A DNA stretch of 55,284 bases, filler included, from Circinaria calcarea (lineage: Eukaryota), in assembly GCA_051942165.1 (NCBI GenBank). It is 5 parts of 5 records of this genome, joined end to end, with 100 filler letters (N's around TTAATTAATTAA, not from the genome) between each part and the next. Parts side by side here need not be neighbours in the genome. Positions count along the whole stretch, not along the records: positions 33,258 to 44,224 come from JAVECS010000732.1; positions 44,325 to 55,284 come from JAVECS010000733.1; 3 more parts are not named here. One strand, given 5' to 3'. Each line of letters begins with the position of its first letter. The stretch's first letter is position 1. Both the position numbers and the translations under genes were made by a program. Positions 37,444 to 50,220 of the stretch are shown piece by piece. A model generated the notes under the pieces. That model saw only the letters and a program-made list of their open reading frames with translations, ran no database searches and had not been told where the DNA came from.

Positions 37444-39600
37444 ATGAGGACATTAAATGGTACTCTATGCCTTCTAACAAAATCACGATTGGGATTGCGT
37501 AAATCAGTTGAAGTCCCAAGGGCATTCTCCAAAGTCCCTACATACCAAAAGTATCAAGTCCCCAACTCTACACCGACAATGGCTACCTCTACTACCAAGA
37601 CCGGGAAGCCTCTGGATAAACCGGCCCTTGACTCCTTGCTACGCCGACGCCTATTTTACACTCCATCCTTCGAAATATACGGTGGTGTCTCCGGCCTCTA
37701 CGACTACGGTCCGCCTGGGTGCTCATTGCAAGCAAACATTGTTGATCTATGGCGAAAACATTTTGTATTGGAGGAGGATATGCTTGAAGTCGATTGCACA
37801 GTGCTGACACCACACGAGGTTCTGAAAACAAGTGGACATGTGGACAAATTTGCCGACTGGATGTGCAAGGACCCAAAAAGCGGAGAGATCTTCCGGGCAG
37901 ATCACCTAGTGGAAGAGGTCTTGGAGTCACGATTAAGAGGTGATAAAGAGGCTCGAGGTCAGAAGGTGGAGGTCGACGAAGAGAAGGAGGCGAAGAAAAA
38001 GAAGAAGAGTAAAGAGGCAAAGGCTTTGAAGCTAGATGACTCGGTGGCCAGGGAGTACGAGGAGATTCTCGCCAAGATTGACAACTACAATGGCGAGGAG
38101 CTTGGTTTATTAATTACAAAATACAACATCAAGAATCCTAACACTGGTGGAGATGTCCTACCCCCTGTTGCATTCAATCTCATGTTCCAAACATCTATCG
38201 GCCCGAGCAGTAATTTAGCCGGCTATTTGAGACCAGAAACTGCTCAAGGTCAATTCCTTACATTTCAAAAACTACTCGAGTTCAATCAACAAGCTATGCC
38301 TTTTGCTTCAGCGTCAATTGGTAAATCCTTTCGAAACGAAATCTCTCCACGGGCTGGTTTGCTTCGAGTTCGTGAATTTCTCATGGCGGAGATTGAGCAT
38401 TTTGTTGATCCTGAGGGTGGCAAGAAGCATCCTCGCTTCAGTGAAGTCAAAGACGTCGAGCTGACTCTACTAAACCGTAAAACCCAGCTCGAAGGTCGAA
38501 CCGATGTGGAGAATGTGACCATTGGTCAAGCGGTCTCTACCGGCCTCGTAGACAACGAGACGCTGGGTTACTTTCTTGCAAGGATTCATTTATTCCTGAA
38601 GAAACTGGGTGTTGACCAGTCTAAGGTCCGCTTCAGACAGCATATGGCGAACGAAATGGCTCACTACGCTGCTGACTGCTGGGACGCCGAACTACTGAGT
38701 AGCTCTGGCTGGATCGAATGCGTTGGTTGTGCGGATCGTAGTGCATACGATCTAACGGTACATGCAAAAAGAACCGGAGCGCCGCTTTGCGTCCGAGAGG
38801 TTCGAAGCGAGCCTCTAAAGATTGAAGAATGGCAAGTGGATCTTGACAAAAAGAAATTCGGGCCCAAGTTCAAAAAGGATGGGAAGACCGTTGAGGCAGC
38901 CGTGGACGCATTATCCCAGGACCTCCGTGAAAAATTGTCGGTAGAACTCGATAAGACGGGCAGGATCCTAATCGAAGTTCCTGGTGTCGGTAACGGTAAA
39001 GTAGAGATTGACAAGGATCTCATCGCGATCGAGAGGCGGACAAGGGTCGAGCACACAAGGGAGTATACCCCCAATGTGATTGAACCGTCGTTCGGTATCG
39101 GAAGAATACTGTACTGCCTCATAGAACATGTGTACTGGACCCGGGAAGGCGATGAAGCTCGGGGCGTAAGTAACTCGGAAGATGACTCGGATAGCCGAAG
39201 CTGACGGCTGTTTCAGGTTCTTTCATTTCCACCCCCAGTTGCACCAACCAAAGTCCTCCTCGTTCCCTTGTCAAACAATCCCGATTTCAAACCACTGATC
39301 AAGCGCCTTGGGCAAAAGCTACGCCAACAAGGCATAGCAAACCGGGTGGACGATTCATCGGTCAGCATTGGCAAGCGCTACTCGAGGAATGATGAGCTTG
39401 GCACGCCACTCGGTATAACCGTGGACTTCCAATCGGTCAAGGACAACACTTTTACCCTGCGTGACCGAGACACCACCAAACAAGTGCGCTCCGACGGAGA
39501 CACAATATGCGAGGTCGTCAAGAGTCTGGTGGAAGGTCGGAAAACGTGGGCGGACGTCCAGAACGAGTTACCCGAGTTTACCGGTCAAGAGATTGAATGA
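37444..39600 (+). CDS. GRS1: Glycyl-tRNA synthetase (class II, alpha2 type)
   Basis: YDYGPPG, YLRPETAQG, FRNEISPR, EPSFGIGR, anticodon-binding domain in exon 2. In-frame ATGs at 37444 and 37579. Confidence 0.97.
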
Positions 39601-40663
39601 AGCGGTAGTGACTCTTGGGCATCGATACGCATGCAAACGTCACAGCGGGGTAAGCGAGTCCCGACAAAGCTGTCGCTCCGCACATCGCATGAAGGTCCTG
39701 CGGCATCTTCCAATCGGATAGAAAGCCTCTTTGCTGGAAGCGATGGAAGGCTGAAACCCCACGTGTGGGTATGCATGGCCAAGGGCGACATTTCCAGGTA
39801 CCCGAGGATTCTAGTGTATCCGTAGAAGCATACAGAACGAAATGCAGGCGAGCCTGTTGATCATATTTCCATGCTGTTTACGGGTAACCAATGAATCGAT
39901 GCGACATGCCAATCTGTAACACCGAGCGCAGGGTTTAGGCTGGATGGTGTTGGCGGCAAAACGGGCTGTGGCGTTGACAAGCGCGCTTGATCCGTGCTCA
40001 TCACGCCCGACCTCCGTCGTATCGACCTTAATCGAAGGGACCTCATCCTCCTGGCCATTCCAGGATCAAGTCGAGTGCCTGCAGAAGAAGAACGTTTGGT
40101 GGAAGTCGATACAGTCCCGTCTGACACTCCCGCGACCAGGATCTGTGTGCGGGTATCCCGTCGCCGTGGCATGGGATCTTCTTTCCCTTCCCTTGTTCTC
40201 GTTGCACGAGCGCCATCGCTACTAGCTGTTCCCCTGTTCCCAACACGGAAATAATACTGTAGACCGAGATGCACTTGGCCACTAACACACCTGCATATGT
40301 TGATGATCTCCTGCATGCCCACACTCCGCGTCCTCAGCACATGGGAAATGGGCCGGTCTCATCTCTTTCTTTCCATAGCATCACCTCCTCGGTTTCATCG
40401 CTGTTTCTTTTAATCCCACTCAGAGCTGGATCGGTGACTCGAGCGCCAATTGCTTTTGCTGCTGTTGCAGTCATATTCATGGATCCCTTCAAGTCCACTT
40501 ATAATCTTCTTTTCGTACCTGCATCTCCCGAGAATTCATTTAGACTTTCACCGCAGCCCAGTCCCACCCGTATAAGCGCTGCCCACCGTGTTCATTACAT
40601 CTGCTCAGGGAATTCCCAATATAGCACCATTCCCATATGCAGCGAAGCTCTTCCTGAAAATTG

Positions 40664-41737
40664 ATGGCTGGAGACATAAGAGAAGCTGAGCAAGATGTAT
40701 CGTCGGAAGGGGACAGCAATGACGACCAGCTTATTGGTGATGAGCGCCGAAGTCTAGGTTCATCGGAGAGTGAAGGACACGCAAGTGTACCACGATCTCA
40801 GTATGTCGGTCCTTTCATTGCCGCTGCGGAAAAAGCTAACTGTGCTAGGGCTTCGACTAGATCTCTTACCGGTAGCATACTCGAGCAGATAGTCGAGAAT
40901 GGACGAAGTTATGCGAATGACCACTACTTTATGCCTACCGATGAAGCCGAACAAACACGCCTTGCCGTTACTCACCAGGCTTTTCTCCTTCTTCTGGATG
41001 GAAAGCTCACCATGGCTCGCGTTCAAGACACTGTAAAGCGAATTCTGGACATCGGAACAGGACCAGGTGATTGGGCCATTGCAATGGGTGAGCGATACCC
41101 AAACGCTGAAATCATCGCAACGGATATCAGCGCATGTCAGCCTACGCAGGTTCCTCCCAATGTTGTGTTCCAGTACGATGATGCCCAAGAGAATTGGACT
41201 TATTCGGCACCATTTGACTATATACATGTTCGAGGTATGGCTGGAGCATTTTCCGACTGGACTAGCATCTACGGCGAGGCCTTCAGACATTTGAAACATA
41301 ACGGAACCATTGAAATCGCAGATTTTGGAAACATTGAGCTTGAGCAAGAGTCACCAGACTCCTATGTCAGTATATATAACGGAGCGTGTCAGTCGGCGGC
41401 GGAAAAGGCGGGTACTCCGATTGGATTAGGCCATTTGAAAAGGAGTTTACTTGAGAGCGCTGGGTTTAGCGTCATGAAGTCGATGAACATGAATGTGCCT
41501 CTGGGCATGTGGAGTCCCGACCCTCACAAGAGATTGGTTGGCAAAATGGCGTTAATCTCGGCTTTGGAAGGCTTGGAAGCGACTAGTATGAGGCTACTTA
41601 CAAAACAGTTGGCGTGGACGGCGGAAGATGTTCGAGACTTATGTTTGAAGGTACAAGAGGAGGTTAGCAGTCCCAACGCTCATGCATCTATGCGGTGTCA
41701 GTTCGTTCTCGCGAGAAGATTAGTACTGCCTGAGTAG
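40664..41737 (+). CDS. LaeA-like/TAM-domain SAM-dependent methyltransferase
   Basis: ENGRSY..YFMPTDEAEQTRL, RILDIGTGPGDWA, FDYIHVR. Confidence 0.85.
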   Translation: MAGDIREAEQDVSSEGDSNDDQLIGDERRSLGSSESEGHASVPRSQYVGPFIAAAEKANCARASTRSLTGSILEQIVENGRSYANDHYFMPTDEAEQTRLAVTHQAFLLLLDGKLTMARVQDTVKRILDIGTGPGDWAIAMGERYPNAEIIATDISACQPTQVPPNVVFQYDDAQENWTYSAPFDYIHVRGMAGAFSDWTSIYGEAFRHLKHNGTIEIADFGNIELEQESPDSYVSIYNGACQSAAEKAGTPIGLGHLKRSLLESAGFSVMKSMNMNVPLGMWSPDPHKRLVGKMALISALEGLEATSMRLLTKQLAWTAEDVRDLCLKVQEEVSSPNAHASMRCQFVLARRLVLPE

Positions 41738-42233
41738 GGGGAAGAGGAGGCTCGCTTACCTCATGGGCTACAGTGAATTACTCATAAGCACTCGTTGGGG
41801 GGAGCCGCCGTCAGTTTCCCTTGAAATCCGGTTGCGCTGATGTATCTTTGGTATGATCAACAGGGGCCATGTACTTTTATCAGGCAAATGAGCGCCTGTT
41901 CTGGCGTAATACTTTTTCGGTTTCATGTACTGTAGCTCTTATGAACCAGAATGTCTGACAAACGTTGGGTTTGTCAGTGTGGCAGTATCACTTAGGAGGC
42001 AGAGTAGGGCTAAGCGCCGTGTTCCAAATAATAAAGTATTCGCTACCGAGCAGACACACCTGGAAACTGGTACACCCGAGGGACCGGACACGGCATAATC
42101 CTTGGAGCATTGTTACTATTGTGTACATACTTTTGTTCAAACCCCCCCACTCTATGCACCACGGCTTACGCACGCCCACTACGGAGTATAGAGTTTCATG
42201 TTATATGAGTAATTCAACGACGACCAGAACAGT

Positions 42234-44224
42234 ATGAGCCCACCCGTGGCGAGCGCGAAGCTAACCTTGTCTTGCCCCCTGTACGCTGCGGACTTTGATC
42301 CTCAAAATAACGGGTTCCTAATCGTGGGTGGCGGTGGTGGAGAAGGTCGTAGTGGCGTTGGTAACAAAATAGTAAGCGCTCGCAGTTGAAGGGGGCGGAG
42401 ATTCTCACACTGACCAGTGACCTATCATAGTCCCTCATCAATACCTCTCGCAAACACGAGCTTTCAGAGGTGGTCGAGATCAACCTCTCACGAGATGAGG
42501 ACTCTGTAACCTCGTTGGCCATTGCAAAATCGTCTGACATATCAGCTTCGGTCTTTGCCGGAATCAACTCCTCTACAGCAGAGCAGCAGGCCGGAAGGAA
42601 TGAGCATCTACGATCCTTTAGGATCAACTACCCGCCCAAGAGAGACAGAGGGACCGAGGGGCTTAAAACCTTAGAAGGAGAAGCAATAGAATCTGCGCCT
42701 GCGACGCAAGCCTTGGGTAGGGTTGCACTGTTCACCCCGTCTTCGGCAGCGAAGAAGGAGACATATCAGCGGGTTCTCAGGCTATCGTCTCTTATCAAAG
42801 ATGGTAATCCTAGGCTGGGGGTTATAGCAACTGGACTCGCGCCCGCAGGAGAGATTGTTGTTTTCAACGCTGAAAGGGATACACCAGATCAGAAGGACGT
42901 TCGCGGAAGAATACAATTGGCAAAGGGCCAAGAGGCATCAGATGTTGACATTATCGATACCGAAAATGAAGTGTATAGAGTCGCATACTGCACAGACTAC
43001 GAAGTCTATCTCTATGACATTCCGGCCAACTCCCAAGAAACTTCACGAGAACCGCGCTTTCTCCACGAAACCCCCTTCCCCGACGTTTTTGCAGCCTCCA
43101 AGGGTCGTCCTAAATTCCGCTCGCTACGCTTCCTGAACCCTACCTTGATCCTTCTCGTTCAAAACCAAATGAATCGCACGGGCGTGGAGCTTCTACTACT
43201 CGACATCTCCCAAACACCATCTCTTGCTAATGTCATTCTTCGGAAACGCCTCCATAAAGGCATCAAATCTGCCACTAGCCTCTCTACTGCCGTACTTTCC
43301 CCTCCCACACCCACTCAAAATACCCAACACGTCATCGCCGTCGCAGGACAGGATATCTCTCTCACTGTACTCTCTCTTGAACATCCGCCTTCCCGTTCTG
43401 CCTCTGCGAACCTCAAATTTCGCACGCATATCCTCCTCCGCAATGTACACCCCCTCCAAATGAGTGCCCTCGCATTCTCAAAATTTATACTCCCCTCAGT
43501 ACCGACTTTGGCTCCACCACAATATTTCAAACTTGCCTCCACCAGTATTGGCAACACCGTCGTCGTTCATACCTTCCCACTTAGACCTTATCCTCCCTCT
43601 TCCAAAACTCAGAAATCTGTAACCCGCTATGTGCTAACTCTTCCCAGCGCGGGCGAGACTGCACAGATGGGATTCAGTGTCCTTGTCTCGGTCATCGTCG
43701 TCGCCATCTTTGCATTCCTCATGCAAGCATTTATAGAAATTAGGGGCGGTACCCCAGAGTATCTGGGCGCGAAAAGCTGGTTAACTCAGCGGGTCCACGA
43801 TTACATTGCTCTACCATATATGTTTGAAAATATTACCGTTGCTGCACCAGTCATCCCGTCGCAGATGCCTAGTGTGGAGGACGTCAAGCGCAAAGTGCCA
43901 AGCTTGGAAAACGTACAAGAAGTCTTGCAAGATGTAAAACCAAAATTAGAAGAGCTACAAGACCAAATACATAACCCCGAAGAAATCAAAGATACCCTCC
44001 AGGACAGCGCCCAATCCATTCGCGACTCCATCCCCTCCACCGAGCAAATCAAGCACACCTTCTCCCTCCGCTCCCTCCTCTCCCACCGGCTCAACCCCAA
44101 CACGGAGGACACAGTTCCCGGCCTTCCCGACGAGAAATCAATCATGGTCCGCCATTCGGACACGGACCGTTCCCTCTCCACCGAGCTCCACGCTGACGCG
44201 GAGACATTGGCGAAGGAGGGGAAG
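42234..44224 (+). CDS. SEC12: Sec12/PREB-like Sar1 GEF, 3' truncated
   Basis: PLYAADF..VGGGGGEGRSGVGNKI K-loop motif, beta-propeller-like region, TM segment (VLVSVIVVAIFAFLM). Confidence 0.8.
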
Positions 44225-44324
44225 NNNNNNNNNNNNNNNNNNNNNNNNNNNNNNNNNNNNNNNNNNNNTTAATTAATTAANNNNNNNNNNNNNNNNNNNN
44301 NNNNNNNNNNNNNNNNNNNNNNNN
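44225..44324. other. Artificial contig linker
   Basis: N44-TTAATTAATTAA-N44. Confidence 0.98.
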
Positions 44325-44986
44325 CCCCCTTTCCCCTCAAACCCCCCACCATGCACGGAACAAACCAGATCAAACTTAAGGAAAGTCCGCATTCCTCGAC
44401 TCCCAGTCCCGCCACAGGGGGTTCCTTTTGGGAGATCGAAAGCGAGGGGGCGGATGCACAAAGCCAGAGAGTTGTGGACAGGAAAACCGGCGAGAAAGGT
44501 ACGGAAGAAAGAGCATTCGAGGAGGAGGAGAGAGGCCCTCTCCTGCCAATGGCAGATCCTGGAGCGCGCTTCACCGCGATGTGGTGCTCGGGAGAAAAAA
44601 ATAAATGTAGGCGCAGCGTCGAAAAAACCAAAGGGAGAGAGTAAATAGCCTCCATATGCGGATCATGTAATCGGTAATCTTACTATATACCTCTCAAATA
44701 TCCACTTCACTTCACTCCACTCCCGCGCCGTTTCTTACCAGCTACTTGCCTGCTGAACCAAAGACAAACCTCCAAGAAATAGGCTCCAGGGCCATTATAT
44801 CGAGCCCGCAAGACCGTTGCGGGATCCGGGAATCTGTTTGAAAGGAAAGGGAGTTTTTAAAGTCGAAAAGGTGGAAAACCGCTCCCAAGAGCGCGTAGAT
44901 GAGTGTTCGTAGAATTAAAACGCTCCAACGCCCTCGTCCATATCTACCGATTCCATCACTATACCCCTCATTCTCTCAGAAGCAAT

Positions 44987-46210
44987 TCAAACCCCCTCTC
45001 GAACCCCGTTGCCACCCACCAACGCCTCTGTTCCGCCTCCCACTGCGCCACCTCCTCCGCCAAGTCCCGAACCTCCGCCCCTCCTCCTTGTCCGGATGGG
45101 AGCCTTTTTCCTCCTCTCCACAACGCCCTTTCCATTTCCCCCTCCGCCAACCCCTTGCACGTCATCCTCTCCATCCCCGCCATGCACAGCATACCATTTC
45201 CTCCCCTCGTCCAACTCGTTTACATCCAGGGGCCGCATCCTCAACCACTTCATCCGCGGCCCCGTTTTCGCCCTCTCGTTTACCCGGAACCCATATATCC
45301 GCGGCTCGTGTATCTTCCCAGGTCCCAGACCCGGCGCTAAGTTTGCCGGTGCGGTGCCGTTTATGACGGCGGGCTGGTTCGGCGGGGGAAAGAATTCGGG
45401 TGGAGGTGAGACGGCTGGAGGTTGTGGGTTGGAGGTTAAGGAGGAGGAGCGGGACTTGTTGTTTGTACTCTCGGACGGAGTCGTGAGAGGTGCGTGATTA
45501 TTGATATTCGCGAAAATAGGATGAGTCGAAGCTAGTTTCAAGGGGTCTCCTTTCGAGGAGACCTCAAATTCGGGAAAGGTCATGAAGAATAGGCAGCCGA
45601 AGGTTGTACCGAAAAAGGCACCGTCGACGGACTGAAATCGACTATTGGGTGGGGTGTAGACATCCAGACAGCTAGGGCAGAACAGTTTTACGGTATCTAT
45701 ACCGGGTGTGTCATGGCAGCCTACTGGCAAGACTTTGGCACTGTTGCAGAAGACGCGAGGACAAGCGCCGAAATGTTGGAGGTCGTATTTTTCGGCCATT
45801 TGCTGGATGCCCGGCCGCGATGTAATATAGCGCTGGTGTATGAGACCGTAGAGAAGCTCCGCGGAAGATTCTATCACAGAGAGGTCGCTGGCCATCCGCA
45901 TATGCCGTCGATCACCCGCTGCGCGCCTATAACTCGTATCTAGCTTTTCGCCATTCTCGTCCCGCATACCATCGTCTTCGTCATCGTCTTCCTCCTCATC
46001 TTCGTCCTCCTCTTCATCGTCCTCTTCTGGCTCAACGTCAAGTATCATTTCTAACGCTTCCTTGTACATTGGTACTTGTGACTGAAGACCTGTGAGGTTG
46101 AAGTCATCTTCTATGAAATCCTCCGATACCTCTGCAAAGTATTCGTGACCTAGTAACGAGCAAAAGGATGATATCCAGGATTCTGGAGCCGGGGACTCCG
46201 AGGAGGACAT
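44987..46210 (-). CDS. CKB1: Casein kinase II regulatory subunit beta-1
   Basis: SWISSFCSLLGHEYF, FIEDDFNLTGL, acidic loop, zinc finger CPRVFC..LFCPSC, DGAFFGTTF, PRIYGF. Confidence 0.95.
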   Translation of the reverse strand: MSSSESPAPESWISSFCSLLGHEYFAEVSEDFIEDDFNLTGLQSQVPMYKEALEMILDVEPEEDDEEEDEDEEEDDDEDDGMRDENGEKLDTSYRRAAGDRRHMRMASDLSVIESSAELLYGLIHQRYITSRPGIQQMAEKYDLQHFGACPRVFCNSAKVLPVGCHDTPGIDTVKLFCPSCLDVYTPPNSRFQSVDGAFFGTTFGCLFFMTFPEFEVSSKGDPLKLASTHPIFANINNHAPLTTPSESTNNKSRSSSLTSNPQPPAVSPPPEFFPPPNQPAVINGTAPANLAPGLGPGKIHEPRIYGFRVNERAKTGPRMKWLRMRPLDVNELDEGRKWYAVHGGDGEDDVQGVGGGGNGKGVVERRKKAPIRTRRRGGGSGLGGGGGAVGGGTEALVGGNGVREGV

Positions 46211-47415
46211 GGTACTGCTGGTGACGGAAGCAGAGAGGAGAGTCGGCGATGTGCCGTGCGGAATGAGCGTTAGATCTTGGATGCCAGCAGCCAAAGCTGA
46301 ATCTATGTTGGTAGACACGATGCCTGTTTGCTCGAGCCTCTTGGGTAGAAAGCGGTCGCGCTTGACTTTCCCACTGTCTGAGTTTGGGCGACCCGTCCAG
46401 CTACCAAGTCACACCTTCCGAGGATCTAGGGCCTAAGACGCAGGGCTCTGTCATCAAAGTATGTAGCAGTGACGGATGGACGGCGATGGAGGTTATGAAT
46501 GTATAGGTACAGATGCGGGGTGATTTATATGAGAAGAAAAGGCGTCTGACAGCTGGGTGTTGAAATGGACCCGACTCTCATGCATCATCAGCACCCAAGC
46601 AGCTTGATTTAAGAGGAAGGGCAGGCGCGAAGAGCGGCGATAGTCGTCTGATATGCGATTTCCTCTTACGAGGTCAATGCCCTTTACTAACTGACAATGA
46701 GGCCACCAGGTCAGCACAGCTCTCTTCCATTGTTCACCCGATGCTGGAGGGGGTCTGGTAGAGAAAATTCAGGCTTTACCGGATTGACCAACGGTATAAA
46801 AGTGCTTGATGATATCAGGATCTGATTGAAATGAATGTGCCCATTCTCCACGTCTTGCGTTTACTTTGTTCGGCGTTGGATGAGGTGGTTGACATGGGCA
46901 GTTGGGGGCAACACACTGGGTTTCACAGCCACAATCGTGGGGGGCTGACGAAGTAATACTATGATAATGCTGGGGACGCCTAGTCTATCATACAGCCTTA
47001 TGGTACCGGACTAGTCCCGAGCCGGCCAGCCCTCACATGAAACGCGCTTATTTCCAGGTCGATTCGGTTTGGAGTGATTCAACATCGTGTCGTGCCTTGT
47101 TTTATGAACGGTACTGATCCTGCTTTCCTTGTCTTTCAATCGAATATCACACCCTGGCTATTCTTTGCCGAAGCTGTCGGTACTCTGTAGAATAAAGGTC
47201 GCAGAGCGGCATTACGTCCCCGGCGCAACCTTCTTGAATCTTGATACTGGTACTAGCTCTATTCGACGTTTACAAAGGCAGTCGAGACTAAACCAAGATG
47301 TATCCTTTCATTTACGCACCGACGAGTGTTTGGACCAGCTAGGGCGATGGCTTTTTGTACTGTACATGAAAAGATGCCAGCACTACAAGATAACATGTTA
47401 TAATAATGTCAGGCC

Positions 47416-49835
47416 TCAGAAGAGATCCCTCATGATCCGCGCAAAGTCTTCTTCGTTACCAAATATTCCCACCACACCATCCGCTGGCTGGGTCATCGCA
47501 CGCTGTGTCCCGATATACGCATCCATACCGTCCACACCGTGACTCTCAGAGGCCATCACAGTTCCACTAAACGCCCCGGCGGCTTCAAAAAGGTTCGTCA
47601 GCTCATAGCTCATTTGTTGTCCATTTCTAGGACTGCTTCCCAAAGAGGCCGGCCTTGGTCCTTGGGATTGAGAGAAGAGGGCCAGCTCGTCAACAGAGTG
47701 ACCAGCAAGGCCAGCCATAGCTACGGCTGCAGAGGAGTGTGGATCATTGTCATCTGGCAAGACTGTTTGGGTGACAAGACCAAGCCGAGGTCCAACCTCT
47801 TTCAGCCCTTTAATTGTCTTCCAAAGCCGCTTAGAGACATACGACTTGGTGCTAAACCCTTTTACCAAGTCGAGCGCCATGTAGAATTCGTCCCTCACTT
47901 GGCGACTGAACTCAACCGGCGCGTGAGAAACTCCAAGAAACAGAACTGCAAGAGCGCTAAGGAGAAAGTAATTGAAACAAACTTGCTGCGTCCGATAAAT
48001 GTCTGATGTCTGGTTGAGCCGTGTCAGTACTCGAACTGTATCTTTGGCTACCTCCACCACTGTTTGGGCGTGAGCTCGGTTCTCCATGATGCTTGTCGCA
48101 GAGTGTAAGACCGGCCTATAAATCATGATCCGCAATTGATTGGTTCGAAGGTACAGTAGAACACGCAGCCGGCGGATGGCGCGCTTTTGTGCTGCTGGGC
48201 CAGGACAGTTGTCAGCCGCGCTGAAATGTAAGGATTCGGGGATATTCATTTGCCACTGTTGAATCTGATAATCCAGGTACCCAATCTCATCTTGTCTGAT
48301 GTCAGGGACCACGCTGTCCAAAGCAGTGACTGAGCGCCAGACTCTGGATGATATGCGGCCATAAGCAACCATTGCTACCAAGTAAGGCGTTCCTTCGTCC
48401 TGCTGGGGTTGTCAGCTACTCAAGTTATATTTAGTCTGAGTGAATAGAAACGCACCGGTTCAGGCAATGATGCATCAATATCTGAGTCCTGAATCCCAAA
48501 TGGCATACCAGTTCCGAAACTCCATCGGCGATCTAATACGTATATAGACCAGAAAAGTCGCACTGCCCAGGAGCAATCATTTTCGGACACGAAGTTTCTT
48601 GTCAAGACTTCTCGGCGATGCAGGCCCATTTCAAAGCACATCCTTGCAGCTAGGCCGATTATTCTATATGCTCGCGCTTCCTCGTCGAGGTGGAAGTAGT
48701 ACTCAGCCTTCACCCGGAGTCAGGTCAGTCGCAAAGGTAAGTGTTGGAGACACTTACTACTATCACTAGGAGAATGAGACCCTTGACGGTGACCGGCTGC
48801 CACAGCCTTCTTCCAGAAACAACCTGTACAGTACCAAAAAGTTTCTGGCCGAGCTCACTCTGACCGCTGCCTTCAACGGTCAAGGCGACCGCCAGGACCA
48901 TTTTCAATATGATACTGTCATCGTCATTTAAAGAATCACTACCTGACATCTCTGCGGATAGAAGGCCGGTCCTGGTGGCCGATTCCATAAAGTCAAAGAG
49001 CATTTTAGCCTTGGATATTATCCTTTCGATATCAAGGATGGGGTACATGATGCCTACTTCGTCCTCATATACCCTGCAAAGCCTTAGTACTTCATCTCTT
49101 CCAAGAGTCCACAAAGGGTCCTTGGTTGGGTGCGCTGCCATTTGCGCCAGGGGTGCCTGGTTTCTCGGTGGGGTTCCCGGTGGAGTCGCGTCTTGTGTCA
49201 CGAGCCCCTCATCCGCGATGTACTCTGATGTTGTAATCCCCATGGTCTGTAGGCTTGTGTTGGCGATATCAAAATTAAACGCAGAGCTTGTCGGTCCCCG
49301 AAAACGGACTGCCTTGGACTCTTCGTCTGGCGAGGCGTCAGGATTCGGGTAGGCGGCCTGGAGACGTGGAGGAGGAATGGGAACATGGCGGTAGGCGACA
49401 GGTTCTGGATCGGAGACCACATGGTTGACTTGAGTCTGGTGCAAGGAATTAAGGATCGCGTAGAGGTGGTTGACTTGTTCCTGGAGAGACTGGATATGGT
49501 TGTTCAGCTGACGGAACTCCCTGCAATTCCCTATCAGCAGGCCGGACGTTGCCGAGCATCAAGCCAGGGACCTACTCCGAGTCCTTGAAGCTACTACAGC
49601 AGTTGGGAACATAGAGACACTCGAGCGACAAGTTTCCGCAGCGGAGGCAAGGCGTTTCGCCATTGCATTTTACTTTCCGCCTTTTGCACTCGGAGCAGGC
49701 AATGGAGACGTAGCGATTCCTCTTCGCTCGCGACTGGTTGACTGCTAAGCCATCCTCGCCTTTTCTTTTCGAGCCCTCCGGCGTGGATGCAACCGTGCTG
49801 CTTTCCACGCTCTGGTGACGGCCACGACCGTTCAT
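47416..49835 (-). CDS. Zn(II)2Cys6 transcription factor with fungal-specific TF domain
   Basis: CSECKRRKVKCNGETPCLRCGNLSLEC and middle homology region RLFWSIYVLDRRWSFGTG. Four exons. Confidence 0.92.
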
Positions 49836-50004
49836 CGTCCAAGCTACCTACATGCCCTACCGTTAGGTACCCGGTTCAAAGACGGAGGGATCCCGCCTAC
49901 AGCATTGCGGAATCATTCCAGGTCGGGCAAGTGGGGATGAGATCCTTATCAAGACTTGACTTACCCCGGTAGAGCTAGTGAAATGCGGGGTACCGTAGCT
50001 CTAC

Positions 50005-50218
50005 TTATGGTTGCAGGGACAATAGATGTTAGCGTGGGTTTCGACCAACCCGGGTACACTCAGCAAAGACTATATGAATTCTTTCGAAAAAGAGGTGTAA
50101 TATGGAGGGCATCCTCCGGTGTATATTCCGTCTTTCTGTATGAAAGCAAACTGTCGTTTGGGCCTTCTATGATTATGTAAGATAACCACACTAACATCTA
50201 TTATGCCTGCTACCATAA
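50005..50218 (+). mobile_element. ~210-bp MITE copy (RIP-degenerate)
   Basis: Decayed TIRs TTATGGTTGCAGGGACAATAGATGTTAG / CTAACATCTATTATGCCTGCTACCATAA. Internal sequence is the reverse complement of the units in 50309-50703. Confidence 0.75.
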
Positions 50219-50220
50219 TA

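Noticed and set aside
39861..40664. Several overlapping 86-159 aa ORFs between GRS1 and the methyltransferase
   Set aside because: No domains or consistent splice structure. Probably UTR or intergenic sequence.
44351..44644. 97-aa ORF at the start of contig 5
   Set aside because: Could be the 3' end of a truncated gene, but it has no recognisable motif.
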